64,000 nt of DNA, from assembly GCF_009914755.1 (NCBI RefSeq), contig NC_060939.1; one strand, given 5' to 3'. Under the pieces are notes generated by a model. It had not been told where the DNA came from and did no database searches. It saw only the letters and a list, made by a program, of their open reading frames with translations. Below are positions 22,401 through 36,000 of this stretch, in pieces (position 1 is the first letter of the stretch; each line of letters begins with the position of its first letter). The DNA comes from the human T2T-CHM13v2.0 reference genome, Homo sapiens. The position numbers and the translations under genes were made by a program.

Positions 22401-25400
22401 ATATGAAGGTTTTCCCGTTTCCAACGAAATTTTCAATGCTCTCAAAATATCCACTTGTAGATTCTACAAAAAGAGTGTTTCCAAACTGCTGTGTCAAAAG
22501 AAAGGTTCAACTCTGTTAGTTGAGGACACACATCACAAATAAGTTTCTGAGAATGCTTCTGTCTAGTTCTTATTTGAAGACATTTCCTTTCTCACCTTAG
22601 GCCTGAAAACGCTCGAAATATCCACTTCCAGATACGACAGAAACAGTGATTCAAACCTGCTCTATGAAAGGGAATGTTCAACTAGGTGACTTGAATGCAA
22701 ACATCACAAAGCAGTTTCTGAGAATGCTGCTGTCTACTTTCTATTTGTAATCCCGTTTCCAACGAAATCCTCAGAACTATCGAAATTTCCAATTGCAGAT
22801 TCCACAAAAAGCGTGTTTCAAAGCTGCTCTGTAAAAAGAAAGGTTCAACTCTGTTAGTTGAATACACACGTCACAAACAAGTTTCTGAGAATGCTTCTGT
22901 CTAGTTTTTATGGGAAGATATTTCCTTTTTCACCGTAGGCCTCAAAGCGCTCCAAATGTCCACTTCCACATACTACAAAAAGAGTGTTTCAAACCTGCTC
23001 TATGATAGGGAATGTTGAAACCTATGAGTTGAATGCAAGCATTACAAAGAGGTTTCTGAGAATGCTTCTGTCTAGATTTTATATGTAGATATTCCCGTTT
23101 CCAACGAAATCCTCAAAGCTATCCAAATATCAACTTGCAGATTCTACAAAAGGAATGTTTCCAAAATGCTGTATCCAAACAAAGGTTCAACTCTGTGAAT
23201 TGAGGGCATACATCACAAAGAAGATTCTGAGAATGCTTCTGTCTAGATTTTATATGAAAATATTCCCGTTTCCAACGAAATCCTCAAAGCTATCCAAATA
23301 TCCACTTGCAAATGCCACAAAAAGAGTGTTTCCAAACTGCTCTGTGAAAAGGAAGGTTCAACTCTGTTAGTTGAGTACACACATCACAAAGAGGTTTCTG
23401 AGAATGCTGCTGACTAGTTTTTATTTGAAGATATTTCCCTTTTCACCTTAGGCCTAAGAGTGCTCGAAATGTCCATTTCCACATACTCCACAAAGTGTGT
23501 TTCAAACGTGCTGTATGAAAGGGAATGTTCAACTCTATGAGTTGAATGCAAACATCACAAAGAAGACTCTGAGAATGCTTTTGTCTAGATTTTATATGAA
23601 GATATTCCCGTGTCCAACGAAATTTTCAAAGGTCTCCAAATATCCATTTGTAGATTCTACAAAAAGAGTGTTTCCAAACTGCTGTATCAAAACAAAGGTT
23701 GAACTCTGTGAGTTGAGGACACACATCACAAATAAGTTTCTGAGAATGCTTCTGTCTAGTTTTTATTTGAAGATGTTTCCTTTTTCACCATAGGCCTGAA
23801 AGCGCTCGAAATGTCCACTTCCAGATAGTACAGAAAGAGTGTTTCAAACCTGCTCTATGAACGGGAATGTTCAGCTCTGTGAGTTGAATGCAAACATCAC
23901 AAAGCAGGTTCTGAGAATGCTTCCGTCTAGATTTTAAATGAGGATATTCCCGTTTCCAACGAAATCCTCGAAGCTATCCAAATATCCACTTGCAGATTCC
24001 ACAAAAAGAGTGTTTCAAAACTGCTCTGTCAAAAGATAGGTTCAACTCTGTTAGTTGAGTACACACATGGCAAACAAGATTGCGAGAATGCTTTCGTCTA
24101 GTTTTTTTGGGAAGATATTTCCTTCTTCACCATAGGCCTCAAAGCGCTCCAAATATCCATTTCCACATGCTATACAAAGAGTGTCTCAAACCTGCTGTAT
24201 GAATGGGAATGTTCAACTCTATGAGTTGAATGCAAACATCACAAAGAAGTTTCTGAGAATGCTGCTGTCTAGATTTTATATGAAGGTTTTCCCGCTTCCA
24301 ACGAAATTTTCAATGCTCTCAAAATATCCTCTTGTAGATTCTACAAAAAGAGTGTTTCCAAACTGCTGTATCAAAACAAAGGTTCATCTCTGTTAGTTGA
24401 GGACACACATCACAAATAAGTTTCTGAGAATGCTTCTGTCTAGTTCTTATTTGAAGACATTTCCTTTCTCACCTTAGGCCTGAAAGCGCTCGAAATACCC
24501 ACTTCCAGATACTACAGAAACAGTGATTCAAACCTGCTCTATGAAAGGGAATGTTCAACTAGGTGACTTGAATGCAAACATCACAAAGCAGTTTCTGAGA
24601 ATGCTGCTGTCTACTTTCTATTTGTAATCCCGTTTCCAACGAAATCCTCAGAACTATCGAAATTTCCAATTGCAGATTCCACAGAAACAGGGTTTCAAAG
24701 CTGCTCTGTAAAAAGAAAGGTTCAACTCTGTTAGTTGAATACACACGTCACAAACAAGTTTCTGAGAATGCTTCTGTCTAGTTTTTATGGGAAGATATTT
24801 CCTTTTTCACCGTAGGCCTCAAAGCGCTCCAAATGTCCACGTCCACATACTACAAAAAGAGTGTTTCAAACCTGCTGTATGAAAGGGAATGTTCAACTCT
24901 ATGAGTTGAATGCAAACATTACAAAGAAGTTTCTGAGAATGCTTCTGTCTAGATTTTATATGAAGGTTTTCCCGTTTCCAACGAAATTTTCAATGCTCTC
25001 AAAATATCCACTTGTAGATTCTACAAAAAGAGTGTTTCCAAACTGCTGTGTCAAAAGAAAGGTTCAACTCTGTTAGTTGAGGACACACATCACAAATAAG
25101 TTTCTGAGAATGCTTCTGTCTAGTTCTTATTTGAAGACATTTCCTTTCTCACCTTAGGCCTGAAAACGCTCGAAATATCCACTTCCAGATACGACAGAAA
25201 CAGTGATTCAAACCTGCTCTATGAAAGGGAATGTTCAACTAGGTGACTTGAATGCAAACATCACAAAGCAGTTTCTGAGAATGCTGCTGTCTACTTTCTA
25301 TTTGTAATCCCGTTTCCAACGAAATCCTCAGAACTATCGAAATTTCCAATTGCAGATTCCACAAAAAGCGTGTTTCAAAGCTGCTCTGTAAAAAGAAAGG

Positions 25401-27105
25401 TTCAACTCTGTTAGTTGAATACACACGTCACAAACAAGTTTCTGAGAATGCTTCTGTCTAGTTTTTATGGGAAGATATTTCCTTTTTCACCGTAGGCCTC
25501 AAAGCGCTCCAAATGTCCACTTCCACATACTACAAAAAGAGTGTTTCAAACCTGCTCTATGATAGGGAATGTTGAAACCTATGAGTTGAATGCAAGCATT
25601 ACAAAGAGGTTTCTGAGAATGCTTCTGTCTAGATTTTATATGTAGATATTCCCGTTTCCAACGAAATCCTCAAAGCTATCCAAATATCAACTTGCAGATT
25701 CTACAAAAGGAATGTTTCCAAAATGCTGTATCCAAACAAAGGTTCAACTCTGTGAATTGAGGGCATACATCACAAAGAAGATTCTGAGAATGCTTCTGTC
25801 TAGATTTTATATGAAAATATTCCCGTTTCCAACGAAATCCTCAAAGCTATCCAAATATCCACTTGCAAATGCCACAAAAAGAGTGTTTCCAAACTGCTCT
25901 GTGAAAAGGAAGGTTCAACTCTGTTAGTTGAGTACACACATCACAAAGAGGTTTCTGAGAATGCTGCTGACTAGTTTTTATTTGAAGATATTTCCCTTTT
26001 CACCTTAGGCCTAAGAGTGCTCGAAATGTCCATTTCCACATACTCCACAAAGTGTGTTTCAAACGTGCTGTATGAAAGGGAATGTTCAACTCTATGAGTT
26101 GAATGCAAACATCACAAAGAAGACTCTGAGAATGCTTTTGTCTAGATTTTATATGAAGATATTCCCGTGTCCAACGAAATTTTCAAAGGTCTCCAAATAT
26201 CCATTTGTAGATTCTACAAAAAGAGTGTTTCCAAACTGCTGTATCAAAACAAAGGTTGAACTCTGTGAGTTGAGGACACACATCACAAATAAGTTTCTGA
26301 GAATGCTTCTGTCTAGTTTTTATTTGAAGATGTTTCCTTTTTCACCATAGGCCTGAAAGCGCTCGAAATGTCCACTTCCAGATAGTACAGAAAGAGTGTT
26401 TCAAACCTGCTCTATGAACGGGAATGTTCAGCTCTGTGAGTTGAATGCAAACATCACAAAGCAGGTTCTGAGAATGCTTCCGTCTAGATTTTAAATGAGG
26501 ATATTCCCGTTTCCAACGAAATCCTCGAAGCTATCCAAATATCCACTTGCAGATTCCACAAAAAGAGTGTTTCAAAACTGCTCTGTCAAAAGATAGGTTC
26601 AACTCTGTTAGTTGAGTACACACATGGCAAACAAGATTGCGAGAATGCTTTCGTCTAGTTTTTTTGGGAAGATATTTCCTTCTTCACCATAGGCCTCAAA
26701 GCGCTCCAAATATCCATTTCCACATGCTATACAAAGAGTGTCTCAAACCTGCTGTATGAATGGGAATGTTCAACTCTATGAGTTGAATGCAAACATCACA
26801 AAGAAGTTTCTGAGAATGCTGCTGTCTAGATTTTATATGAAGGTTTTCCCGCTTCCAACGAAATTTTCAATGCTCTCAAAATATCCTCTTGTAGATTCTA
26901 CAAAAAGAGTGTTTCCAAACTGCTGTATCAAAACAAAGGTTCATCTCTGTTAGTTGAGGACACACATCACAAATAAGTTTCTGAGAATGCTTCTGTCTAG
27001 TTCTTATTTGAAGACATTTCCTTTCTCACCTTAGGCCTGAAAGCGCTCGAAATACCCACTTCCAGATACTACAGAAACAGTGATTCAAACCTGCTCTATG
27101 AAAGG

Positions 27106-30004
27106 GAATGTTCAACTAGGTGACTTGAATGCAAACATCACAAAGCAGTTTCTGAGAATGCTGCTGTCTACTTTCTATTTGTAATCCCGTTTCCAACGAA
27201 ATCCTCAGAACTATCGAAATTTCCAATTGCAGATTCCACAGAAACAGGGTTTCAAAGCTGCTCTGTAAAAAGAAAGGTTCAACTCTGTTAGTTGAATACA
27301 CACGTCACAAACAAGTTTCTGAGAATGCTTCTGTCTAGTTTTTATGGGAAGATATTTCCTTTTTCACCGTAGGCCTCAAAGCGCTCCAAATGTCCACGTC
27401 CACATACTACAAAAAGAGTGTTTCAAACCTGCTGTATGAAAGGGAATGTTCAACTCTATGAGTTGAATGCAAACATTACAAAGAAGTTTCTGAGAATGCT
27501 TCTGTCTAGATTTTATATGAAGGTTTTCCCGTTTCCAACGAAATTTTCAATGCTCTCAAAATATCCACTTGTAGATTCTACAAAAAGAGTGTTTCCAAAC
27601 TGCTGTGTCAAAAGAAAGGTTCAACTCTGTTAGTTGAGGACACACATCACAAATAAGTTTCTGAGAATGCTTCTGTCTAGTTCTTATTTGAAGACATTTC
27701 CTTTCTCACCTTAGGCCTGAAAACGCTCGAAATATCCACTTCCAGATACGACAGAAACAGTGATTCAAACCTGCTCTATGAAAGGGAATGTTCAACTAGG
27801 TGACTTGAATGCAAACATCACAAAGCAGTTTCTGAGAATGCTGCTGTCTACTTTCTATTTGTAATCCCGTTTCCAACGAAATCCTCAGAACTATCGAAAT
27901 TTCCAATTGCAGATTCCACAAAAAGCGTGTTTCAAAGCTGCTCTGTAAAAAGAAAGGTTCAACTCTGTTAGTTGAATACACACGTCACAAACAAGTTTCT
28001 GAGAATGTTTCTGTCTAGTTTTTATGGGAAGATATTTCCTTTTTCACCGTAGGCCTCAAAGCGCTCCAAATGTCCACTTCCACATACTACAAAAAGAGTG
28101 TTTCAAACCTGCTCTATGATAGGGAATGTTGAAACCTATGAGTTGAATGCAAGCATTACAAAGAGGTTTCTGAGAATGCTTCTGTCTAGATTTTATATGT
28201 AGATATTCCCGTTTCCAACGAAATCCTCAAAGCTATCCAAATATCAACTTGCAGATTCTACAAAAGGAATGTTTCCAAAATGCTGTATCCAAACAAAGGT
28301 TCAACTCTGTGAATTGAGGGCATACATCACAAAGAAGATTCTGAGAATGCTTCTGTCTAGATTTTATATGAAAATATTCCCGTTTCCAACGAAATCCTCA
28401 AAGCTATCCAAATATCAACTTGCAGATTCTACAAAAGGAATGTTTCCAAAATGCTGTATCCAAACAAAGGTTCAACTCTGTGAATTGAGGGCATACATCA
28501 CAAAGAAGATTCTGAGAATGCTTCTGTCTAGATTTTATATGAAAATATTCCCGTTTCCAACGAAATCCTCAAAGCTATCCAAATATCAACTTGCAGATTC
28601 TACAAAAGGAATGTTTCCAAAATGCTGTATCCAAACAAAGGTTCAACTCTGTGAATTGAGGGCATACATCACAAAGAAGATTCTGAGAATGCTTCTGTCT
28701 AGATTTTATATGAAAATATTCCCGTTTCCAACGAAATCCTCAAAGCTATCCAAATATCCACTTGCAAATGCCACAAAAAGAGTGTTTCCAAACTGCTCTG
28801 TGAAAAGGAAGGTTCAACTCTGTTAGTTGAGTACACACATCACAAAGAGGTTTCTGAGAATGCTGCTGACTAGTTTTTATTTGAAGATATTTCCCTTTTC
28901 ACCTTAGGCCTAAGAGTGCTCGAAATGTCCATTTCCACATACTCCACAAAGTGTGTTTCAAACGTGCTGTATGAAAGGGAATGTTCAACTCTATGAGTTG
29001 AATGCAAACATCACAAAGAAGACTCTGAGAATGCTTTTGTCTAGATTTTATATGAAGATATTCCCGTGTCCAACGAAATTTTCAAAGGTCTCCAAATATC
29101 CATTTGTAGATTCTACAAAAAGAGTGTTTCCAAACTGCTGTATCAAAACAAAGGTTGAACTCTGTGAGTTGAGGACACACATCACAAATAAGTTTCTGAG
29201 AATGCTTCTGTCTAGTTTTTATTTGAAGATGTTTCCTTTTTCACCATAGGCCTGAAAGCGCTCGAAATGTCCACTTCCAGATAGTACAGAAAGAGTGTTT
29301 CAAACCTGCTCTATGAACGGGAATGTTCAGCTCTGTGAGTTGAATGCAAACATCACAAAGCAGGTTCCGAGAATGCTTCCGTCTAGATTTTAAATGAGGA
29401 TATTCCCGTTTCCAACGAAATCCTCGAAGCTATCCAAATATCCACTTGCAGATTCCACAAAAAGAGTGTTTCAAAACTGCTCTGTCAAAAGATAGGTTCA
29501 ACTCTGTTAGTTGAGTACACACATGGCAAACAAGATTGCGAGAATGCTTTCGTCTAGTTTTTTTGGGAAGATATTTCCTTCTTCACCATAGGCCTCAAAG
29601 CGCTCCAAATATCCATTTCCACATGCTATACAAAGAGTGTCTCAAACCTGCTGTATGAATGGGAATGTTCAACTCTATGAGTTGAATGCAAACATCACAA
29701 AGAAGTTTCTGAGAATGCTGCTGTCTAGATTTTATATGAAGGTTTTCCCGCTTCCAACGAAATTTTCAATGCTCTCAAAATATCCTCTTGTAGATTCTAC
29801 AAAAAGAGTGTTTCCAAACTGCTGTATCAAAACAAAGGTTCATCTCTGTTAGTTGAGGACACACATCACAAATAAGTTTCTGAGAATGCTTCTGTCTAGT
29901 TCTTATTTGAAGACATTTCCTTTCTCACCTTAGGCCTGAAAGCGCTCGAAATACCCACTTCCAGATACTACAGAAACAGTGATTCAAACCTGCTCTATGA
30001 AAGG
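27106..30004. repeat. 17-mer HOR variant (2899 bp), two extra copies of one monomer
   Basis: Spacing 27116 to 30015 = 2899 = 2557+342. The ORF at 28269-28826 shows a thrice-repeated 57-aa period. Private C>T at 28008. Confidence 0.96.
28203..28758. repeat. Perfect 171-bp monomer tandem triplication (3.25 copies) with four consecutive CENP-B boxes
   Basis: ATATTCCCGTTTCCAACGAAATCCTCAAAGCTATCCAAATATC starts at 28203, 28374, 28545 and 28716; the intervening sequence is identical by eye. Confidence 0.95.
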
Positions 30005-33000
30005 GAATGTTCAACTAGGTGACTTGAATGCAAACATCACAAAGCAGTTTCTGAGAATGCTGCTGTCTACTTTCTATTTGTAATCCCGTTTCCAACGAAA
30101 TCCTCAGAACTATCGAAATTTCCAATTGCAGATTCCACAGAAACAGGGTTTCAAAGCTGCTCTGTAAAAAGAAAGGTTCAACTCTGTTAGTTGAATACAC
30201 ACGTCACAAACAAGTTTCTGAGAATGCTTCTGTCTAGTTTTTATGGGAAGATATTTCCTTTTTCACCGTAGGCCTCAAAGCGCTCCAAATGTCCACGTCC
30301 ACATACTACAAAAAGAGTGTTTCAAACCTGCTGTATGAAAGGGAATGTTCAACTCTATGAGTTGAATGCAAACATTACAAAGAAGTTTCTGAGAATGCTT
30401 CTGTCTAGATTTTATATGAAGGTTTTCCCGTTTCCAACGAAATTTTCAATGCTCTCAAAATATCCACTTGTAGATTCTACAAAAAGAGTGTTTCCAAACT
30501 GCTGTGTCAAAAGAAAGGTTCAACTCTGTTAGTTGAGGACACACATCACAAATAAGTTTCTGAGAATGCTTCTGTCTAGTTCTTATTTGAAGACATTTCC
30601 TTTCTCACCTTAGGCCTGAAAACGCTCGAAATATCCACTTCCAGATACGACAGAAACAGTGATTCAAACCTGCTCTATGAAAGGGAATGTTCAACTAGGT
30701 GACTTGAATGCAAACATCACAAAGCAGTTTCTGAGAATGCTGCTGTCTACTTTCTATTTGTAATCCCGTTTCCAACGAAATCCTCAGAACTATCGAAATT
30801 TCCAATTGCAGATTCCACAAAAAGCGTGTTTCAAAGCTGCTCTGTAAAAAGAAAGGTTCAACTCTGTTAGTTGAATACACACGTCACAAACAAGTTTCTG
30901 AGAATGCTTCTGTCTAGTTTTTATGGGAAGATATTTCCTTTTTCACCGTAGGCCTCAAAGCGCTCCAAATGTCCACTTCCACATACTACAAAAAGAGTGT
31001 TTCAAACCTGCTCTATGATAGGGAATGTTGAAACCTATGAGTTGAATGCAAGCATTACAAAGAGGTTTCTGAGAATGCTTCTGTCTAGATTTTATATGTA
31101 GATATTCCCGTTTCCAACGAAATCCTCAAAGCTATCCAAATATCAACTTGCAGATTCTACAAAAGGAACGTTTCCAAAATGCTGTATCCAAACAAAGGTT
31201 CAACTCTGTGAATTGAGGGCATACATCACAAAGAAGATTCTGAGAATGCTTCTGTCTAGATTTTATATGAAAATATTCCCGTTTCCAACGAAATCCTCAA
31301 AGCTATCCAAATATCCACTTGCAAATGCCACAAAAAGAGTGTTTCCAAACTGCTCTGTGAAAAGGAAGGTTCAACTCTGTTAGTTGAGTACACACATCAC
31401 AAAGAGGTTTCTGAGAATGCTGCTGACTAGTTTTTATTTGAAGATATTTCCCTTTTCACCTTAGGCCTAAGAGTGCTCGAAATGTCCATTTCCACATACT
31501 CCACAAAGTGTGTTTCAAACGTGCTGTATGAAAGGGAATGTTCAACTCTATGAGTTGAATGCAAACATCACAAAGAAGACTCTGAGAATGCTTTTGTCTA
31601 GATTTTATATGAAGATATTCCCGTGTCCAACGAAATTTTCAAAGGTCTCCAAATATCCATTTGTAGATTCTACAAAAAGAGTGTTTCCAAACTGCTGTAT
31701 CAAAACAAAGGTTGAACTCTGTGAGTTGAGGACACACATCACAAATAAGTTTCTGAGAATGCTTCTGTCTAGTTTTTATTTGAAGATGTTTCCTTTTTCA
31801 CCATAGGCCTGAAAGCGCTCGAAATGTCCACTTCCAGATAGTACAGAAAGAGTGTTTCAAACCTGCTCTATGAACGGGAATGTTCAGCTCTGTGAGTTGA
31901 ATGCAAACATCACAAAGCAGGTTCCGAGAATGCTTCCGTCTAGATTTTAAATGAGGATATTCCCGTTTCCAACGAAATCCTCGAAGCTATCCAAATATCC
32001 ACTTGCAGATTCCACAAAAAGAGTGTTTCAAAACTGCTCTGTCAAAAGATAGGTTCAACTCTGTTAGTTGAGTACACACATGGCAAACAAGATTGCGAGA
32101 ATGCTTTCGTCTAGTTTTTTTGGGAAGATATTTCCTTCTTCACCATAGGCCTCAAAGCGCTCCAAATATCCATTTCCACATGCTATACAAAGAGTGTCTC
32201 AAACCTGCTGTATGAATGGGAATGTTCAACTCTATGAGTTGAATGCAAACATCACAAAGAAGTTTCTGAGAATGCTGCTGTCTAGATTTTATATGAAGGT
32301 TTTCCCGCTTCCAACGAAATTTTCAATGCTCTCAAAATATCCTCTTGTAGATTCTACAAAAAGAGTGTTTCCAAACTGCTGTATCAAAACAAAGGTTCAT
32401 CTCTGTTAGTTGAGGACACACATCACAAATAAGTTTCTGAGAATGCTTCTGTCTAGTTCTTATTTGAAGACATTTCCTTTCTCACCTTAGGCCTGAAAGC
32501 GCTCGAAATACCCACTTCCAGATACTACAGAAACAGTGATTCAAACCTGCTCTATGAAAGGGAATGTTCAACTAGGTGACTTGAATGCAAACATCACAAA
32601 GCAGTTTCTGAGAATGCTGCTGTCTACTTTCTATTTGTAATCCCGTTTCCAACGAAATCCTCAGAACTATCGAAATTTCCAATTGCAGATTCCACAGAAA
32701 CAGGGTTTCAAAGCTGCTCTGTAAAAAGAAAGGTTCAACTCTGTTAGTTGAATACACACGTCACAAACAAGTTTCTGAGAATGCTTCTGTCTAGTTTTTA
32801 TGGGAAGATATTTCCTTTTTCACCGTAGGCCTCAAAGCGCTCCAAATGTCCACGTCCACATACTACAAAAAGAGTGTTTCAAACCTGCTGTATGAAAGGG
32901 AATGTTCAACTCTATGAGTTGAATGCAAACATTACAAAGAAGTTTCTGAGAATGCTTCTGTCTAGATTTTATATGAAGGTTTTCCCGTTTCCAACGAAAT

Positions 33001-36000
33001 TTTCAATGCTCTCAAAATATCCACTTGTAGATTCTACAAAAAGAGTGTTTCCAAACTGCTGTGTCAAAAGAAAGGTTCAACTCTGTTAGTTGAGGACACA
33101 CATCACAAATAAGTTTCTGAGAATGCTTCTGTCTAGTTCTTATTTGAAGACATTTCCTTTCTCACCTTAGGCCTGAAAACGCTCGAAATATCCACTTCCA
33201 GATACGACAGAAACAGTGATTCAAACCTGCTCTATGAAAGGGAATGTTCAACTAGGTGACTTGAATGCAAACATCACAAAGCAGTTTCTGAGAATGCTGC
33301 TGTCTACTTTCTATTTGTAATCCCGTTTCCAACGAAATCCTCAGAACTATCGAAATTTCCAATTGCAGATTCCACAAAAAGCGTGTTTCAAAGCTGCTCT
33401 GTAAAAAGAAAGGTTCAACTCTGTTAGTTGAATACACACGTCACAAACAAGTTTCTGAGAATGCTTCTGTCTAGTTTTTATGGGAAGATATTTCCTTTTT
33501 CACCGTAGGCCTCAAAGCGCTCCAAATGTCCACTTCCACATACTACAAAAAGAGTGTTTCAAACCTGCTCTATGATAGGGAATGTTGAAACCTATGAGTT
33601 GAATGCAAGCATTACAAAGAGGTTTCTGAGAATGCTTCTGTCTAGATTTTATATGTAGATATTCCCGTTTCCAACGAAATCCTCAAAGCTATCCAAATAT
33701 CAACTTGCAGATTCTACAAAAGGAACGTTTCCAAAATGCTGTATCCAAACAAAGGTTCAACTCTGTGAATTGAGGGCATACATCACAAAGAAGATTCTGA
33801 GAATGCTTCTGTCTAGATTTTATATGAAAATATTCCCGTTTCCAACGAAATCCTCAAAGCTATCCAAATATCCACTTGCAAATGCCACAAAAAGAGTGTT
33901 TCCAAACTGCTCTGTGAAAAGGAAGGTTCAACTCTGTTAGTTGAGTACACACATCACAAAGAGGTTTCTGAGAATGCTGCTGACTAGTTTTTATTTGAAG
34001 ATATTTCCCTTTTCACCTTAGGCCTAAGAGTGCTCGAAATGTCCATTTCCACATACTCCACAAAGTGTGTTTCAAACGTGCTGTATGAAAGGGAATGTTC
34101 AACTCTATGAGTTGAATGCAAACATCACAAAGAAGACTCTGAGAATGCTTTTGTCTAGATTTTATATGAAGATATTCCCGTGTCCAACGAAATTTTCAAA
34201 GGTCTCCAAATATCCATTTGTAGATTCTACAAAAAGAGTGTTTCCAAACTGCTGTATCAAAACAAAGGTTGAACTCTGTGAGTTGAGGACACACATCACA
34301 AATAAGTTTCTGAGAATGCTTCTGTCTAGTTTTTATTTGAAGATGTTTCCTTTTTCACCATAGGCCTGAAAGCGCTCGAAATGTCCACTTCCAGATAGTA
34401 CAGAAAGAGTGTTTCAAACCTGCTCTATGAACGGGAATGTTCAGCTCTGTGAGTTGAATGCAAACATCACAAAGCAGGTTCTGAGAATGCTTCCGTCTAG
34501 ATTTTAAATGAGGATATTCCCGTTTCCAACGAAATCCTCGAAGCTATCCAAATATCCACTTGCAGATTCCACAAAAAGAGTGTTTCAAAACTGCTCTGTC
34601 AAAAGATAGGTTCAACTCTGTTAGTTGAGTACACACATGGCAAACAAGATTGCGAGAATGCTTTCGTCTAGTTTTTTTGGGAAGATATTTCCTTCTTCAC
34701 CATAGGCCTCAAAGCGCTCCAAATATCCATTTCCACATGCTATACAAAGAGTGTCTCAAACCTGCTGTATGAATGGGAATGTTCAACTCTATGAGTTGAA
34801 TGCAAACATCACAAAGAAGTTTCTGAGAATGCTGCTGTCTAGATTTTATATGAAGGTTTTCCCGCTTCCAACGAAATTTTCAATGCTCTCAAAATATCCT
34901 CTTGTAGATTCTACAAAAAGAGTGTTTCCAAACTGCTGTATCAAAACAAAGGTTCATCTCTGTTAGTTGAGGACACACATCACAAATAAGTTTCTGAGAA
35001 TGCTTCTGTCTAGTTCTTATTTGAAGACATTTCCTTTCTCACCTTAGGCCTGAAAGCGCTCGAAATACCCACTTCCAGATACTACAGAAACAGTGATTCA
35101 AACCTGCTCTATGAAAGGGAATGTTCAACTAGGTGACTTGAATGCAAACATCACAAAGCAGTTTCTGAGAATGCTGCTGTCTACTTTCTATTTGTAATCC
35201 CGTTTCCAACGAAATCCTCAGAACTATCGAAATTTCCAATTGCAGATTCCACAGAAACAGGGTTTCAAAGCTGCTCTGTAAAAAGAAAGGTTCAACTCTG
35301 TTAGTTGAATACACACGTCACAAACAAGTTTCTGAGAATGCTTCTGTCTAGTTTTTATGGGAAGATATTTCCTTTTTCACCGTAGGCCTCAAAGCGCTCC
35401 AAATGTCCACGTCCACATACTACAAAAAGAGTGTTTCAAACCTGCTGTATGAAAGGGAATGTTCAACTCTATGAGTTGAATGCAAACATTACAAAGAAGT
35501 TTCTGAGAATGCTTCTGTCTAGATTTTATATGAAGGTTTTCCCGTTTCCAACGAAATTTTCAATGCTCTCAAAATATCCACTTGTAGATTCTACAAAAAG
35601 AGTGTTTCCAAACTGCTGTGTCAAAAGAAAGGTTCAACTCTGTTAGTTGAGGACACACATCACAAATAAGTTTCTGAGAATGCTTCTGTCTAGTTCTTAT
35701 TTGAAGACATTTCCTTTCTCACCTTAGGCCTGAAAACGCTCGAAATATCCACTTCCAGATACGACAGAAACAGTGATTCAAACCTGCTCTATGAAAGGGA
35801 ATGTTCAACTAGGTGACTTGAATGCAAACATCACAAAGCAGTTTCTGAGAATGCTGCTGTCTACTTTCTATTTGTAATCCCGTTTCCAACGAAATCCTCA
35901 GAACTATCGAAATTTCCAATTGCAGATTCCACAAAAAGCGTGTTTCAAAGCTGCTCTGTAAAAAGAAAGGTTCAACTCTGTTAGTTGAATACACACGTCA

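Noticed and set aside
28008-28008. Private C>T (GAGAATGTTTCTG) in the 17-mer unit
   Set aside because: Isolated singleton outside any binding motif; useful only as a mapping marker and could be an error.
28269-28826. 185-aa repeat-protein-like ORF
   Set aside because: A by-product of the in-frame 171-bp triplication of a stop-free monomer; no evidence of coding function.
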